64,000 nt of DNA, from contig OZ218951.1 in NCBI GenBank assembly GCA_965112735.1, positions 1,364,001-1,428,000 of the forward strand. The letters are read 5' to 3'. A program made the position numbers and the translations under genes. The stretch comes from Phaeosaccion multiseriatum (lineage: Eukaryota; Protista; Ochrophyta, other classes). The notes beneath the pieces were generated by a model. That model had not been told where the DNA came from. It ran no database searches and worked only from the letters and a program-made list of their open reading frames with translations. Within the stretch, counting starts at the first letter, position 1. The number at the start of each line of letters is the position of its first letter. Below are positions 1 to 13,983 of this stretch, in pieces.

Positions 1-3000
1 GTCCGTCAACAGAAGCGTCATCCTCCTCTCCTTCTCCAAACAGGACCGTCTCCAGGTGAGCTGCGAGTAGAGCTGGTGTCGGATAGTCAAAGAAGGCGTC
101 GGGCCCAACCTCAAAATCCTTGTTGCTTCCGTTCTCGGTCTTCTCGCTGCCCAGAAAGTCCTCGAGCATCACCGCCAGCTCGGCCATCAATATCGACGTC
201 ATGCCCGCCTCCATGAAGCGGTCGTCGGCGGTCAAATCTCCGTTGTGCGTCACCTCTACGGCAAACTCGAGGAGCTTCTCCAAGATGATGGCCACTCTTG
301 CCTCCCTACCGAGGCTGTCCATAGCGCGAATGGCCAGACCGCCTTCTCGTCCTCCTCTCCACTCCGAGACATGGTCTTCGACGAAGCAAGCCCTTTCCTC
401 CGGAGCTGAGCACACGCTGGCAAGGTTCACAGGAGGAGAGTCCTGTCGGGGTGGGTTGGGGGAGAAATGGGCATGACAAGTGGGGTGAGACTCGACGCAG
501 AACCCTCAGCAGACGATTCTCTCACACAACTGCACGGTAAAAGGGCTGTGAAGGGCACACACGAAAGCACACAGATTGAAGGGGGCAAAGGATTGGAGAG
601 ATAGGCAAGAGGCCTCCACTTCCGCTCACTCGCACCTGTGACATCGCAGTGCGGTCCTCGATGAGCTCGTGCACCATGTGCAGCTCGCCAGCGTGAAACG
701 CCTGTCTCGTCGCCCGCCGTCGGATCTTGCCGCTCGTGGTCTTGGGGATGGTCTTCTGCTTGATGGCCACCACCTTCGCCGCTCTCAGACCCAAGGAGGA
801 CGACAAGGCGGCTTGAGCAGCCTCTACCACTGCCGGGGCCTCGCCCTCTCGCTCCTGGCGGATCTCGAACACCACCTCCAGCACACCGTCCCCTCCCGTC
901 TCGTCGGAAGAGAAGGCCGCAATGCAGCCCTGCCGAACGGCGCTGGAGGCCTCTTGCACAGCGAACTCGACGTCCTGCGGGTAGTGGTTGACCCCGTTGA
1001 AGATGATGAGGTCATTGATGCGGCCGCAGATGTACAGCAAACCCTCCTCCACAAACCCCACGTCGCCTGTCCGTAGGTACTGGCGAGGAGACGAGCTGTC
1101 ACTGCCCCCGGCCCCACCCTGGAGAGAGAGCTTCGCCTGGAACACCTCCTTCGACAGCTCGGGTTTGCCCCAGTACCCGGCGGCGGCAGAGGGGGAGGAG
1201 AACCAGATCTCTCCTGTGGCTGCTGCTCCGCTGGCCTCGGCCATGGTGTCGGGATTGACGATTCGAATGTCCATAAAGTCTGCTCTCTCGCTCGGGGAGC
1301 CGACGCTGGTAAGCTCTCGTCTCGAAGTGGAGCTGTGCCGAGAGTCGGTCCAGCAACCTGCTCCCAGCGAGGGCGCGAGAGAGGTCAGGGTAGATGAGTA
1401 TTCGCATCAAGAAACAAAGCAGGAGCTTGCTTGCGCAGCCAGCCAGCCCAAATGACCTGCGGTGAACTTTCCAAGTGGGCAGACGCACCTAATACCACGT
1501 GCTCTGCCAAACCGTAGGCCGCCGAGAACCACCTGACAGCGAAGGAAGAGAGCCAGCGAGACCACCACAACCTTCTGAGGATCTGAAACTGCACACTGCT
1601 TCCGGCTGAGCCTCACTACGCTGTACACGGCCAGGTAGTGCCATCAATGCAGCACCCACAGCTGAGTGCACATCACACTGCGAGACAGAGTATAGTACGC
1701 CAAGACGGCACGCCCTTCGACTCACCCGTCAGGGAGGCCGTGGGGGCGGAAGGCTCGCTCGAACCTCTCAATGGTCTCTCTCCGAATCGGCTCGGCGGAG
1801 CTACAAAGGGAGATGACATGTGACAAGTCGATAGACGGCTGCCTCTTGGTGCCGCGCACCTTGGCCATGTAGCGGGCGCAGAGGGCGTAGGCGAAGTCGG
1901 GGGCGACGGACCACTCCACGCAGTGCCGAGAGACAAGCTCCAGCCAGAGCAGGGGCCGCTTGATGAAGCTGACGGGGGACATGTAATGCATAGTCATGCC
2001 CGTTAGGAAGGGGCCCACAAGGCCCACAACCAGGCCCATATCCTAGTGTGAAGGAGGGGGGCGAAGGAGGGAGGCAGTAAGTACAGGCTCATAGCCATGC
2101 GAGGGTAATGTGTCCCCCTCTCTCACTCCCATGCCGACGAGAGCTCCCAGCCAGAGATGTTGCATGGCGTAGAAGCAAGTCATATATGTGAGCACTTAAC
2201 ACTCACTCACATGGTATTGAGGCAGCCACGAGCAGCCTGTCAGCGGCAAGGTGACCACCTGCAGGTCGGTGCTTCCTCCTCCAGGAGCTCCCTCTACCGC
2301 GAGAGACAGCTGCTCACCTCCATGTGCATCCTCCTTCGCTCGCCGCGCCCACTTCACCATTCCTGTTCCGTGGCTCATCAGAAGGTACACATTGGCCATG
2401 AGTGCAGCGAAGGTCACCATGACGCCTTTGGGGTCGCCGGTGGAGCCACTGGTGTACTGCAGGAAGGCCAAGTCCTCTTCGGCCACCCTCGGTTCGTCAA
2501 AGCTCCTCGCTGACGACAAGGAGAAGAAGCTCGGAAGCAACCCCTGATCTGTAGCCTTAAAGTCGAGGTCCTCCGGCCACAGCTTGCGCGAGTCAGAAAG
2601 TGGATTGGCCCTGTCCACTCTGCGCACAGCTGCTATCGTTGAGTCGGTGAGGCACAGCAGGGGCTTGCAGTCCGTCACGATCTTGCTCATCTTGGGCAGT
2701 GACTTGGACAGAGGAGAAGCAGGCGGGTACACCATCACCGCCACCACGCCCGCTCTGAAGCAGCCCAGGAAGGCGGCGAAGAAGTGCAGCCCCGGCCCGT
2801 AGCACAGCACCACCATGGCCCCCTTGGGCACGCCCCACCCCTCGCGCAGCATGTAGGCAATCTTGCCCGCCTGAGGAAGAAGGGTTGGGAGAATGTTCGC
2901 ATCTTGGGCTAAATATCACAAGAGTCTAGGACTGCCGGGGGGGGGGGGGGTAAGGTGCAAGACTAGCTACAGCAAGACAGCGGACGAGAACAAGGGCATC

Positions 3001-3287
3001 GCCAGCCACCTCCACGGAATGTTGCTTCCTTCGCGTACCTCATCCCACATGCGCTTGAAGCTGTACTTCTCAGTCTCCTTTCCCTTTCCATCGTACCAAT
3101 AGGCGAAGGGCTTGTCGCCGAGCTCGGTCACAACCTCGTGCGCCCTGCTAAGCAAAGGAGCGAGACCAGGACCCGCTGCTGCAGTCACTGGCACGTCGGA
3201 TCGTTGCAGCTCTGTTCCAGTTCTGCGAAGTCTGTGCAGAGATTTCATATCTTCCTCGTCGTCTGAAGAGTCAGTGGCGTGCCACAT
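1..3287 (-). CDS. Fatty acyl-AMP ligase (FAAL)-like adenylation domain followed by an acyl-carrier (ACP/PP-binding) domain; multi-exon, continues past the left edge
   Basis: Motifs AFLQYTSGSTGDPKGVM, SWLPQYH|DMGL, SAEPIR, AYGLAEH, GEIWFSSPSAAAGYW, YLRTGDVGF, GRINDLII, PKTTSGKIRR. The exon at 442..1 reads FMEAGMTSILMAEL...FFDYPT (ACP with Ser). GT-AG introns join the ORF fragments. Confidence 0.85.
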
Positions 3288-3474
3288 CCACTGCTGACTG
3301 CATTGTGTATTGGGGTATTCAATCAAATCAATCAATCAGCCACAGCATGAGGGAAAAACGAAAAAGAAGAAAAAGTAAAAAGTATCGCAAAAAAGGGGGG
3401 GGGGGGGTTGATGTCGATATCGATATCGATATCGATATCGAACATTCCCGACGCACTCCATCATCAATCAATTG

Positions 3475-3505
<31 letters not shown>

Positions 3506-4020
3506 TATTACGACGTAGCCTTACTATAGCAAGTATACAGGCACCTAAATACAGGTACGATCTTCCTGCTTGTGCAGAGAAAGGTCTGTGAGGCAGCTTG
3601 GAATCCGCTGCTTCCTGGGTTGTTGCTCCGCTCTCTGTTTTTCTCCGCCTCGTCTCTCCACGCTCTTTGACCCTCTGTGGAGCTCAACATCGGCCCAAAT
3701 GATTTGCTTTCTTCGTTATTTGTCCAATACCTCCCCCTTGAAGCTGTGCTTTACGGCAGGGCTCCGTTCGCAGAGCGACTCAGCAACTTCGACTCGGCGC
3801 AACTTCGAATTTGCCTCAATTGCTTGCAAGTAGGCGTAAGCCATAGGAACGTGCTTGCCAATGCTGATTATGAAAGGGTGATACAAGCTGAGCATACCAG
3901 CAGGGGGGGGAGGCTTTGGGAGGGGTTGGTGGAGCGGGCCCTTGATAGAGACCGATATATACATAGGGCATGCAGGACAACACAAGAGGGGGAGTCGGAG
4001 GGAGGGGGGGAGGAGGGGCA

Positions 4021-4086
4021 ATGGCGGAAGGGTTCAATACCATTGACCTTGCCTTTGATGCTCTGACTATTGGGGAGAAGCTGACT

Positions 4087-4118
<32 letters not shown>

Positions 4119-4960
4119 ACAACAACAACAGACAGCCTATCAAATACACCTCCAACAGCAGCAGCATCAGCAGCAGCAACAGCACTACCAGCGAGCAGCA
4201 GATGTGCCCGTAATGCAGACCCCTCCACAACCACCTACTCACCAACAGCAGCAGCAGCATCACCACCACTACCAGCAGGAGCAGGTGCGGCAGCAGCAGC
4301 CATCGGAGGCCGTGTACTCACAAGCACACGTGGACGGGCTACTTGGGGAAGTATCGCGGCTTCGAATGGAGAATGAGCGGTTGAAGGGGGTCGTGGGCAC
4401 GCTAGAAACAGACAAATCGCGCATCGAGAAAGCAGAAAAGGTACGAGAGCGTGTGTGTGTTGATGGCGGAGAGGACGCTCTCTCTCTCTCTCTCTCTCTC
4501 TCAACAAAGCGTTGATACTGCAAGAGGCTCTCTCTGCAACACCGGTCGCTGCCGGCCAGCTTCATCGGACGTGCTGCTGTGGAGGTACTGTTTCGTTTGT
4601 ACACAGGGAGTTTATTCTGATGACGCCCTGCTGCTACTCGTTCCTTCCTTCCTTCCTTCCATCCATCCTTCCTTCCTTCCATCCATCCATCCATCCATCC
4701 ATCCATCCATCCTTCCTTCCTTCCTTCCTTCCTTCCTTCCTTCCTTCCTTCCTTCCTTCCTTCCTGCCTGCCTTCCTTTCTTCGACTCACAGCTGGCGGG
4801 GGCACAGTGCGAACGCATGCAGCAGGCTCTCCTACGGGGGGCGGAGCAGCTCAAGCGGCTTGAGGCACACAACTACGCCCTCACCTTACGCCTCAGAGAC
4901 ATGGAGAGCTCCAGAGACCCCTTCTTCAACACAAACCAACGCCCGCCTGACGTCTTTTGA
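4021..4960 (+). CDS. Poly-Q coiled-coil protein whose C-terminus resembles plant 'ubiquitin system component CUE' proteins; 2 exons (4021-4440, 4793-4960)
   Basis: C-terminal LEAHNYALTLRL...RPPDVF* resembles the NNYAL..HL...HPDVF terminus of that family; intron gtacga...cacag keeps frame. Confidence 0.6.
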
Positions 4961-6914
4961 GGGCCTTTGAGGGGGGTTGGAGTGTGGTGGAGGGTGTGTT
5001 GAGAAAGTCCATCAGACGTCTTTTGAGGGGCTTTGAAGCGATCGTTGAAGTTGACGTTGGGAGCAGTGCTTGAGGTGGCGGGCTTCAGGGCTGAACTTGT
5101 TTATATGGTGCTCTCTGGACCCTTCTGTCTTCTTTTGCCCCCACACTTGACGAAGGGTCTGCACGAAGCCTGCCTGTCTGCCCGCAGATGGTTGAGGCCT
5201 GCCTTTGTGCCTGCAGAGATTTGAGGCCGGCCTGTCTGCCTGCAGATGGTTGAAGCCTGCCTTGGAGGGGGGTTTTATTGGAGTCTGCCCCCCGTTGGGT
5301 ATCGTTGTTGGTGTTGTTCTTGTCGTCGTGGTGGCGGCGGTGGTGGTAGTATCTTTGCTGTGTGTGTGTCGTCGCCTCGCGCGGTGGGGCCGATGGGGCA
5401 ATGGGATAATTCATTCTTGGGACTTTGAGTGGGAACGAGTGAGAGCGTTGCTGAGCAATCTTTTCCCGAAGTATTGGGCGGGAGTGCTTGGGAACGCATG
5501 TATCTAACGCGGGCCGAAGGCTTGCAGTCATCCTCCTCCGTGTGGGGCACCATGGGGTGGATTGTCTTCAGTCGAGGGCGCAGGAGGCAAGGCCCCCTCC
5601 CAGGAAGAGGCGAAACGAGGAGAGGACGGCGTGTGTGCCGACCTACATGTACAGGATGTACGGGGGGGGGACATCGTAGGCAGGACTATTTGGTAAGGGG
5701 TACTTTGCTCTTCTGCTTCGGGGGGATTGGCTTGTCCTCTTTCAAGTGGATGTGGAGCGTCGTCGCCTCACTTTCCTTGTGGGTAGTGAACGGCTTCGGG
5801 GGGACCGAAGGGGGCTAGCTTGGTCTCGATGCTTGGATATCTATCGAGCTCGTTTCATCGACATCGTCATCGAGTCTGTGCGGGCGCCGTTGGGTTGGGG
5901 CTTTGCCCTTGAGTTTTTGGTCGCAGCGCCCAAAGGATGAAGTGTTTGACCCCCCCCCCCCTCTCTCTCTCTCTGGGAAAGGGTTCTCGACAGAGGAAGA
6001 GGAAGAGAGGTTGGGCGTTGATGTAGCGCTCCTTCACAACTTCACTGCCCGGGAGGGGGGTGCAAGCTCTGCAGCAAAAGAGCATGGCGGAGGCAAAGAG
6101 ACTCTCTCTGGTAGCGTCAGAGAGGGAGAGAGGGAGGGGATAAGACTAGAGAGGACAGAGAGAGGAGAAAAGAGCAACGAGAGAAAGAGAGGGAGAGACG
6201 GAGAGTAAGAAATGGCTTTCATTTGCGTCTCAGGAAGCCCCCCCCCGGCGTCGCCGCCCGAAGGAGCGACGCATTTCATCCCGACAACAGCCGAGACGAC
6301 ACCCTGGGGGAGCAGAGGGGGCAGAGGGAGATGACGAGACGGGCAAGCAGCAGCAGTTGGTGATACAGCGGCAGCCCATAGGGGTGGGCAGCACTGTACC
6401 ATCGTATGTATCGAAAGAAGTACTACGAGTAAGAAGGAAGGGCGAGCACGTACTTAAGAATATGTGTATGTGTATGAATAGTCGGGTGACTGATGGTACA
6501 CGAGACTGGAACCACTTGGAGTAGTTAGCGGCACCACCTCTGGGTAGGAGGATGAGGGGAAGTGGTGGCATGTGCGAATACGTATCTATCGGACGTACCC
6601 TTATGTATGGTACCAACTTCACCAGTTGGTTATCCACCGCATCAAGTCAATAAATGTACCTCGCTTGGGAAGATTGTGTTACGCATTTCCTTAAATCCTT
6701 TTGGGCGAAGAAGCCTTCTTTTGATTTCTTTTTGTTAAGATGAAGCAACGAGAGAAGGCTGCGAGGGGGAGAAAGGAGAGAGAGAGAGAGAGAGAGACAG
6801 CACAGAGCCCAATCCTTTCGCCCCAGCGAGGCCTAGAGAGAGACTGGATCGCTGGCTCGCTGGATCGCTGGCTCGCTGGTGCTGTCTGCAGTAGCATCAA
6901 CAGTAGTAGTTGGT

Positions 6915-6953
<39 letters not shown>

Positions 6954-7054
6954 TACCCCCCAGCCCCCCTTATTGCAATGCTTTCTACATTACCATGCCT
7001 TCTCTTTGCCTTGCTGTCACTCCTTCCTCCTTTCAGCGACGCTTCCGCGACCCT

Positions 7055-10000
7055 TCAGCGCGACACCCCCAAGAGCTCCAGTACCATACCCACCGCAACG
7101 GTGCTCCCCTTCTGCCGCAATACGAAGCGCCCCAGGGCCCGGCAATCGCTATAACGCTCCAAGCAGAGCGGCTTGGATAGGACCAGCTCAATGTGGGCCG
7201 TCCGTCCCGAGGGCACACAACGCGGCCTCTTGGGTCTTGTTGCTGCTCTACCTGTATCACCAACTGCTGTGTCCTCTCCTCCCCCTCCCCCTCCTCCTCC
7301 TCCTCCTCCTCCTCCTCCTCCGCCTCCGCCTGCTCGACCTGTTCGCCCCCTTGCCGTGGGCTCCGAGCTTCCAGATGCTACGCCAGCCTGTGAGGGGGAG
7401 GGGGGGGAGGGAAGGGGAGGGAGGGCGGAGGTGGGGGGAGGGGAGGGTAAGAGAAGGAGGAGAAGGAGGGGCGGGGAGACCAGAGGCTTAACATCAATGG
7501 GGAGTGTGTCATGTGATGTGACGGAGTCTGCTTTGGCAACTGAGAGAGCACACTTCACGAAAGCTACGCACAAACAAACAAACAAACACTATAAACCACG
7601 TTCCAAATCGAACCCTCTTCCCCTTACAAATCGAACGAAACAACTGAAACTGCACCGACCCCTCTCCCCTAAATCGATGACCCCTCTCCCCTAAATCGAT
7701 GACCCCTCTCCTCTAAATCGATGACCCCTCTCCTCTAAATCGATGACCCCTCTCCTCTAAATCGATGACCCCTCTCCTCTAAATCGATGACCCCTCTCCT
7801 CTAAATCGATGACCCCTCTCCTCTAAATCGATGACCCCTCTCCCCCTCTCCCCTCTGGATCCTACTCTATATCAACACACCTCTACCACCTCTCCCCACG
7901 ATGTCTCTCCCATATACCTGGAGATAATGCTCCTTCCTGATGTTAACAGGCTCGCCCGCCGAGTTGGTGAGAGAGATGAGCCTTCCGCAGTACGCAATCA
8001 CGTCCAACCCGTGAAGGTGCAGCTGGAATTCTGTGCCCCGGATGATGGGTACCTGTAGAGCTTCAAGCGTTGCCACCTGAGGGAGGGAGGGAGGGAGGAA
8101 GGGGAGGGAGAGGGAGGGGAGGAAGGGGAGGGAGAGAGGGGAGGAGATGCGAGTGGTAGTTCGTTGGGTTGAGAGAGAGAAAGGGAGAGGGAGCGAGAGC
8201 GAGAGAGCGGCCACGTGAGCGGCCACGTGAGCGCGTATGCGGGTGGGAATTAGATAGGTAGAGAGGTGTGAGACAGAGAGAGAGACAGAGAGGTAGAAGA
8301 GAAGACAAGAAGAGAGAGAGAGGGGGGGGGTCAGAGATAGAGACAAGATGGAGAGAGAAAGATGGGGAGGCATAGAGGGGAGAGAGCAGTACCACCCACC
8401 TACCTGAGCGAGTATGCGAGAAGCTACAGGCACGGGAGTGCGGGCCTTGCAGAGCACATGGCCGACGCTGAGTCTCTCCGGCAAGGCCCCACTGAGGACG
8501 AGGTCGGCGTTGTCGCCTGCCTGCGCCTTGTTGGCAGGAGCGCCGAATCTCTCCAGGCGGCTCACTACCCAAATGTCGCCCACGGGCATCACAATCACCT
8601 AGTGAGTGTGCCGTGTATTGGAGTTATGGCGTTGCCCAGCGGGAGGGAGGGAGGGAGGAAGGAGGGATTATGCCTTGTCCACTAAAAGATGGCCGTAATC
8701 GCCCGCGGCTGGGACCCACCCCACCCCACCCCACCCCACCCCACCCCATCCCACCCCACCTCACCCCACCCCACTCCTGTCCCTGGCCTGTCCACCTCCC
8801 CTTACACCCCTATTGCATCTCCTCACCTTGTCTCCCACCCTAACCCGGCCCGCCAATACTTTACCGCTCACGCGCAGCCCCCTGCCGACGGTTACAAAAT
8901 CCGACACGGAGAGGCGGAAGGGGCTCTTGACCGCCCGGGGAGCCGCCGTGAAGGCATCCACTGCCTCCACGAAGGAGGGGCCGTCGTACCATTGACGCAG
9001 GAGGGTGGCACCGCGTTCCTCCTCCTCTTTGCCCTTGCCTTTGCCCTTGCCGTTTGTCGGAGCATCGGAAGAAGGCGTTCCCTTCCTCCCGTTGCTGCCG
9101 TTGCTGCTACTGCTGCCGCTACTGCTGCGGCTGGCGTGCACATTGTCCATGACGTTAATGCCCGTCAATCCCGACACAGGCACGAAGCGAATCTTCTTGG
9201 GCTTGAAGCCCACCGAGCGCAGAAAGGGCTCCACCTGCTGCTTGATCTGCAGGTACCGTGCCTGGCTCCAAGCCGGCTCCGTCCAGTCCAGCTTGTTGAC
9301 GGCCACAAGGATCTGGTTCACGCCCAGTGCCTTCACCAGAGTTGCGTGCTCTTTCGTTTGGCCGCCAGCCTGTGAATTGAGTTGGAAGAGAGAGATTGAA
9401 ACGGAGATTGAAATAAAGAGTTCGAGTTGGGTGGTTGGGGGCAAGTAGGAGTGTCGAGAGAGCGAATTGAGTTGTGTGGAGTTGAGAGGAGACTTTGCGA
9501 GTTTGATTCGCTTCATTCGACGTGAAGGAGTGTGGTACGTAGTAGGGAGCGCGTGCGAGACAGAGACACACAGAGAGAGAGAGAGAGAGAGACATACACA
9601 GAGACCCATCACACCCACCATCACCATCATCGCTGATCATCACCATCACTGACTTACCACAAACGCGCTCTCAAACTCCCCTGCAGTGGCCGGCACGACA
9701 AGCACAGCAGCGTCCGCCGAGCACGCTCCACTGATCATGTTGGGGATAAAGTCTCTGTGACCGGGGGCGTCAAGGAGCGTTACAAGCTTGGAGGGCGTCT
9801 CCATGTGCTTCGTGGCTACCTCGATGGTCACGCCGTGCTCCCTCTCCTCCGCGTCTTCGTCAAGGACCCAGGCGAGATAGAAGGAGGCCTTGCCCATCTC
9901 CCTGTTGTGTACGTTGGTGTTGTTTGGTGTTGTTGTGATAAGAGGGAGAGAGAAGTATAGAGTATGGGTAAGAGCGGTGAGCAAAGAAGGGTGCAAGTGG

Positions 10001-11678
10001 GTACGTACGACGGAAGGAAGGAAGGAAGGAAGTTTGGGAGGAAGGGAGGAAGGAAGGCAGAGAGGAAGGAAAGAAGGAAGGAAGGGACAGGGGAAGGAAA
10101 GGAGAAAGTAAGCAAGCAAGCAAGGAACGTAAGGGTACATGGAAAGAAAGTAGGCCCTGTTACGTAAGTAGGTACGTAAGGGTAAAGAACAGACCTGGCC
10201 GCCTTCTCGTGCTTCGCGATGGCTCGTGCGTTGACCTCCCCTGCCTGCAGCAGTACCTGCCCCATCAACGTGCTCTTGCCGGCGTCAACGTGTCCGATGA
10301 CCACCATACTCATGCGTTGCTTCTTCTTCTGCTGCCTGCGCTTCTCTTCCTCCTCCTCCGCCTCCTTTGACAGTGACCCCTTCTGTCCTCCTCCCTTCTC
10401 CTGCTTCCCTCGCTCGGGCACCATGAACATTTCGTCGACTTCCTCCTCCTCCTCCTCCTTCTCCTCCTCCTCCTCCCCCTCCACCTCCTCCTCCCCTGCC
10501 CTCCCCTCCCCCACTCGCTCCTCCTTCTCGGCCATGCCCCCAGTCTGAGCCTCCAAAAGCGCTCCCTGTAGCCGCTCTTGTCTCCCTCGGACCCCTGCTC
10601 CTCCTCCTGCCCCTCCTATTCCTCCAAGGTCATCATCGCTACCCGACTGTCCCTCATCATCCTCTGCCAGCGCGGCCTCCCACAACGCATGCCTCAGCAG
10701 CGGCGCAGGGGAGTTGTCCCTTGTCGGCGGCCTGGAATGCCCCTGACTACTCCCCCCCCCGTCGCTATTGCTGCTGCTAAAGGCGTCACCTTTGGGAGTA
10801 GTCAAACCTCCTGAACCCAACCCCAACACTACCCCCCGGGGGGACTTGGAGCTGTCTCTAGAGGAAGGCGTCCGCCCCCCCACACTTACGGCCGCCGCCG
10901 CCGCCGTCGGAGAAGACTGCGCTCCTCCTCCTCCTCCTCCTCCTCCTCGTCCTTTGCCCTCCTTTCTGTGGCCTTGCTGCACCTGGCGCATCAAGGCAAG
11001 GTCAGCTGCACTCGGGCCGCCCAAGTCCCTGTCGAATGACTCTGATGGTGTTGTTGGACTACTATTACTACTACTCACGCCTACAAAGGTGATGGAAGCA
11101 GGGTACCCGTCATTTGTGATGCTGTCAGGAGGCAGAGGCGGTGACGGGGAGGGCGGAAGTGCGCCTCCGGAGTGGGCTGACGACATCGCCTTGCGCCCCT
11201 CCTCCTCCGTCGTCGGGCTGTCGCCGCTCAGCAGTATCGCCACGGCCACGTCCAGATTGTTGTCGCCAGTGGACTCGATAGCACGACGAACTGTCTCTTC
11301 GTCAAAGTGCGTGCCCACGACCGCCTGAACTTCGCTCACTTGCTGTGGAGATACGACCTGCCCCTGGAAGCCTGGGGGAGCACCCACCCACTCCCCCCCG
11401 CCTGCTGTTGCTGCCCCCCCCCCCCCTCCCGGCGCCACAGCTACAGCCTCTGAGATGGACTGCAAGCCCGGGAGGGAAGCAGAGTGACTTCCAGGAATAC
11501 TCACTTGCTCCAGCTGGTGTCCATCCTTCTCCTCCGTTGGAGGAGCATTTTCTCCGCCTCCGTACAGGAGCGCCTGCTGCTGCTCGAACGTGAGAAACTC
11601 TTCCTCGTCTTCCTCATCGTAGTAGTCATCATCGTAATCATCGATGCTGTACTTGCGTACCGCCCTATGGCGAGACAT
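7055..11678 (-). CDS. HBS1L: HBS1-like translational GTPase (eEF1A/eRF3 family), multi-exon
   Basis: N-terminal [17 protein letters not shown]-like segment, [65 protein letters not shown], and C-terminal [16 protein letters not shown]. Confidence 0.93.
7657..7852. repeat. 22-bp minisatellite (CTAAATCGATGACCCCTCTCCT) x ~8.5 in an HBS1L intron
   Basis: TAAATCGAT recurs every 22 bp from 7670 to 7824. Confidence 0.95.
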
Positions 11679-12496
11679 TGTTTTTTGTTCGCTGCTCCGC
11701 GCCCGCCCGGCCGGGCTTGGGAACTACGCCGTCGCGCAACAGACGAGCTTCGGGGTTAGGGTGGTGATGGTGATACTCGCACTTACTCACTCATCAACGC
11801 TCTCATTCACTCTGTTGACACAAGCAGAAAAAGTCGAACTTGGACTTTCCTTGACATCAGGGGCACATTACCGTACATAATAATATCGATCGGGAAACCG
11901 AAACCTCCACACTCCGACCACCAACCACCCCCCCTTCCCCAACTTCTTCCCGCGGTAGATACCAATGGGTACCCGTCCAATATCTCCCCTCTGAGTCCAC
12001 CAGTCCCCCGGGTCGGGTGGGTGGGAGAAGATTCACCGGGTTAGCTGCTTTCAGGGCAGCGACTCCTACTCCTCTCTATCCACTCCACACGACACCACAC
12101 CACAAGCACAAGATGTACTCCTGTGCCCCACACCCCAAGCTTCTGACCACCCGCCCGCCCTCCCTTGCCAGTCCGCGAAAAGTCGTTTTCCCAAGGGGGC
12201 GAGAGAACTTCCCTCTTGAGCTTGGTGATGTCTGATCTCATGCTCGTCCACTCGATGGATCCACAGGTGGAGAGGAGGTGGAAGAGCAAGACATTCATCA
12301 AGTACCATCCGAGTGTGATAGGGAGGGTCGAATTCAATAGACTAAAGTTTCCGAGAGGGATGGCTAAACTTTCTGTGTCTCCCCCCCCCCCCCTCGTAGC
12401 CTTACACTCCGCCGGTGTCCTGGTCTCCTCGCTGTCTCTGATCCCCCTCTCGGATTGATGAGGGCTGCATCGAGCTGCCGTTCTCCCACCCTCTCT

Positions 12497-13951
12497 CTAC
12501 CTCCCTTTGGGCTTAACGAGGGCTGCGTCAAGGTGCTTGGCGTGGAATTGAGACACGTCGAAGAGCACCACCTCTCCATCATCGTCCACCACCACCGCCA
12601 TCAAACGCACAGGGGACACCGCGACAGCCTCGAGAGGCTCGCTTGCCCCTCCACCACCACCACCACCACCACCACCAGTTGGTGATACAGCAGCAGCACC
12701 AGCAGCACCAGCAGCAGGAGTACCACCACCATCAGCAGCAGCAGGGGCAGCAGCAGCAGCAGCATCAGCAGCAGCATCAGCAGGGGGTGTAGCCACCTCC
12801 GAAGCCTTCGCTGTCTCGGTTGTGGGTGGCTGTGAAGCTGCAACGGAGAACTCTGACGACCGCGAAGCTGGCGATGGAAACCCAACTCTTACTTGTCCTC
12901 CTTCACCGTTCGTAGACGTGGTCGTGCTTGTTGTTGTTTCCTCCTCCTTCGCGTCCCCTCCGTCGCCGCCGCCACCGACTCCCTTCTCCTCCCCCTCCAT
13001 CCCCATAGCCTCCATATCCTCTTTCTCCTCCCTCTCCCTCTCCCTCTTCTCCTTCTCCTCCCTCTCCTTCTTCTCCTGCTTCTTCTTCCTCTTCAGCTGT
13101 TTCTCCTCCTCCTCCTCCCTCGCCCTTGTCCTTGCGCTGATGGCCAGCAGTCTCCTCTCCTCCACCACCTCGGCTGACAACTTCAGCGCAAAGCCCTCCC
13201 TTGACACCGGAAGGAAGGTATTGCCGGGCCCGTGTGACATGGACAGCACAATGGCGTAGAAGTCGGGCGGTCCCGGGTTACTCTTCTTAAATCTCGAGTT
13301 TGGCTCCCAAACGTCGAAGATCACCTTCACAAGCAAAGTACAATTGCAGTTCAAGTGAGGTCAAATGAGCTGAACCTTCGTTGAGGTCTGATACACTGAA
13401 AACTCACACACTATCAGCCGGTCAATGGTTGATTGATGGCCAAGTAAAGGGTCGAATCGACACAACGATATCGAAGGCTTTTCGTGGATAGATGGATCAA
13501 ACTCCAACTCCATCTCACCTTGGAAGGGGTGCCTCTGCCATGGAGTGCCATCAGGTCCACGCCCCTGGGTCGCTTCGGGTCCTGCTCGCTAGGCTGAACG
13601 ATGCAAGTGATGAAAATGAAGACACAAAGTCATGAAGGAGGAAGGGGGGGGGGGCGGCGGAAGGAAGAGGGTAAGGGAGGGAGGGAGGGAGGGAGAAGGC
13701 AAGGAAGGAAGCGTGTGCAAAGACAGATATATATATATATATATATATGGGTCAGAGAGGGTAAGAAAGGTGGGTGGGATGGCACTGAATGGGGGATCCT
13801 GGAGAGGAGGAAGAGAGGCTGGGGTGGGCTCAGACCAGGCTACAGAGATTGCTTCGAAAGAGAACGCATGCAACCCACGCCACACAGAGAATTAAGAGAA
13901 AAGAGAAAATTTGGTTATCAGCCTGTCAGCCTGTCTGCCTGTCTGTCTGCC

Positions 13952-13983
<32 letters not shown>

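Noticed and set aside
3508-4021. Possible small gene or extra exons
   Set aside because: ORFs on both strands without recognisable homology; cannot be supported.
5012-7030. Short ORFs between the CUE-like gene and HBS1L
   Set aside because: No recognisable motifs or consistent splice chain; likely UTR or intergenic (includes a ~28-bp degenerate tandem near 5165-5260).
7657-7852. CRISPR-like regular array
   Set aside because: Head-to-tail 22-bp units with no unique spacers, inside a eukaryotic intron; it is a minisatellite.
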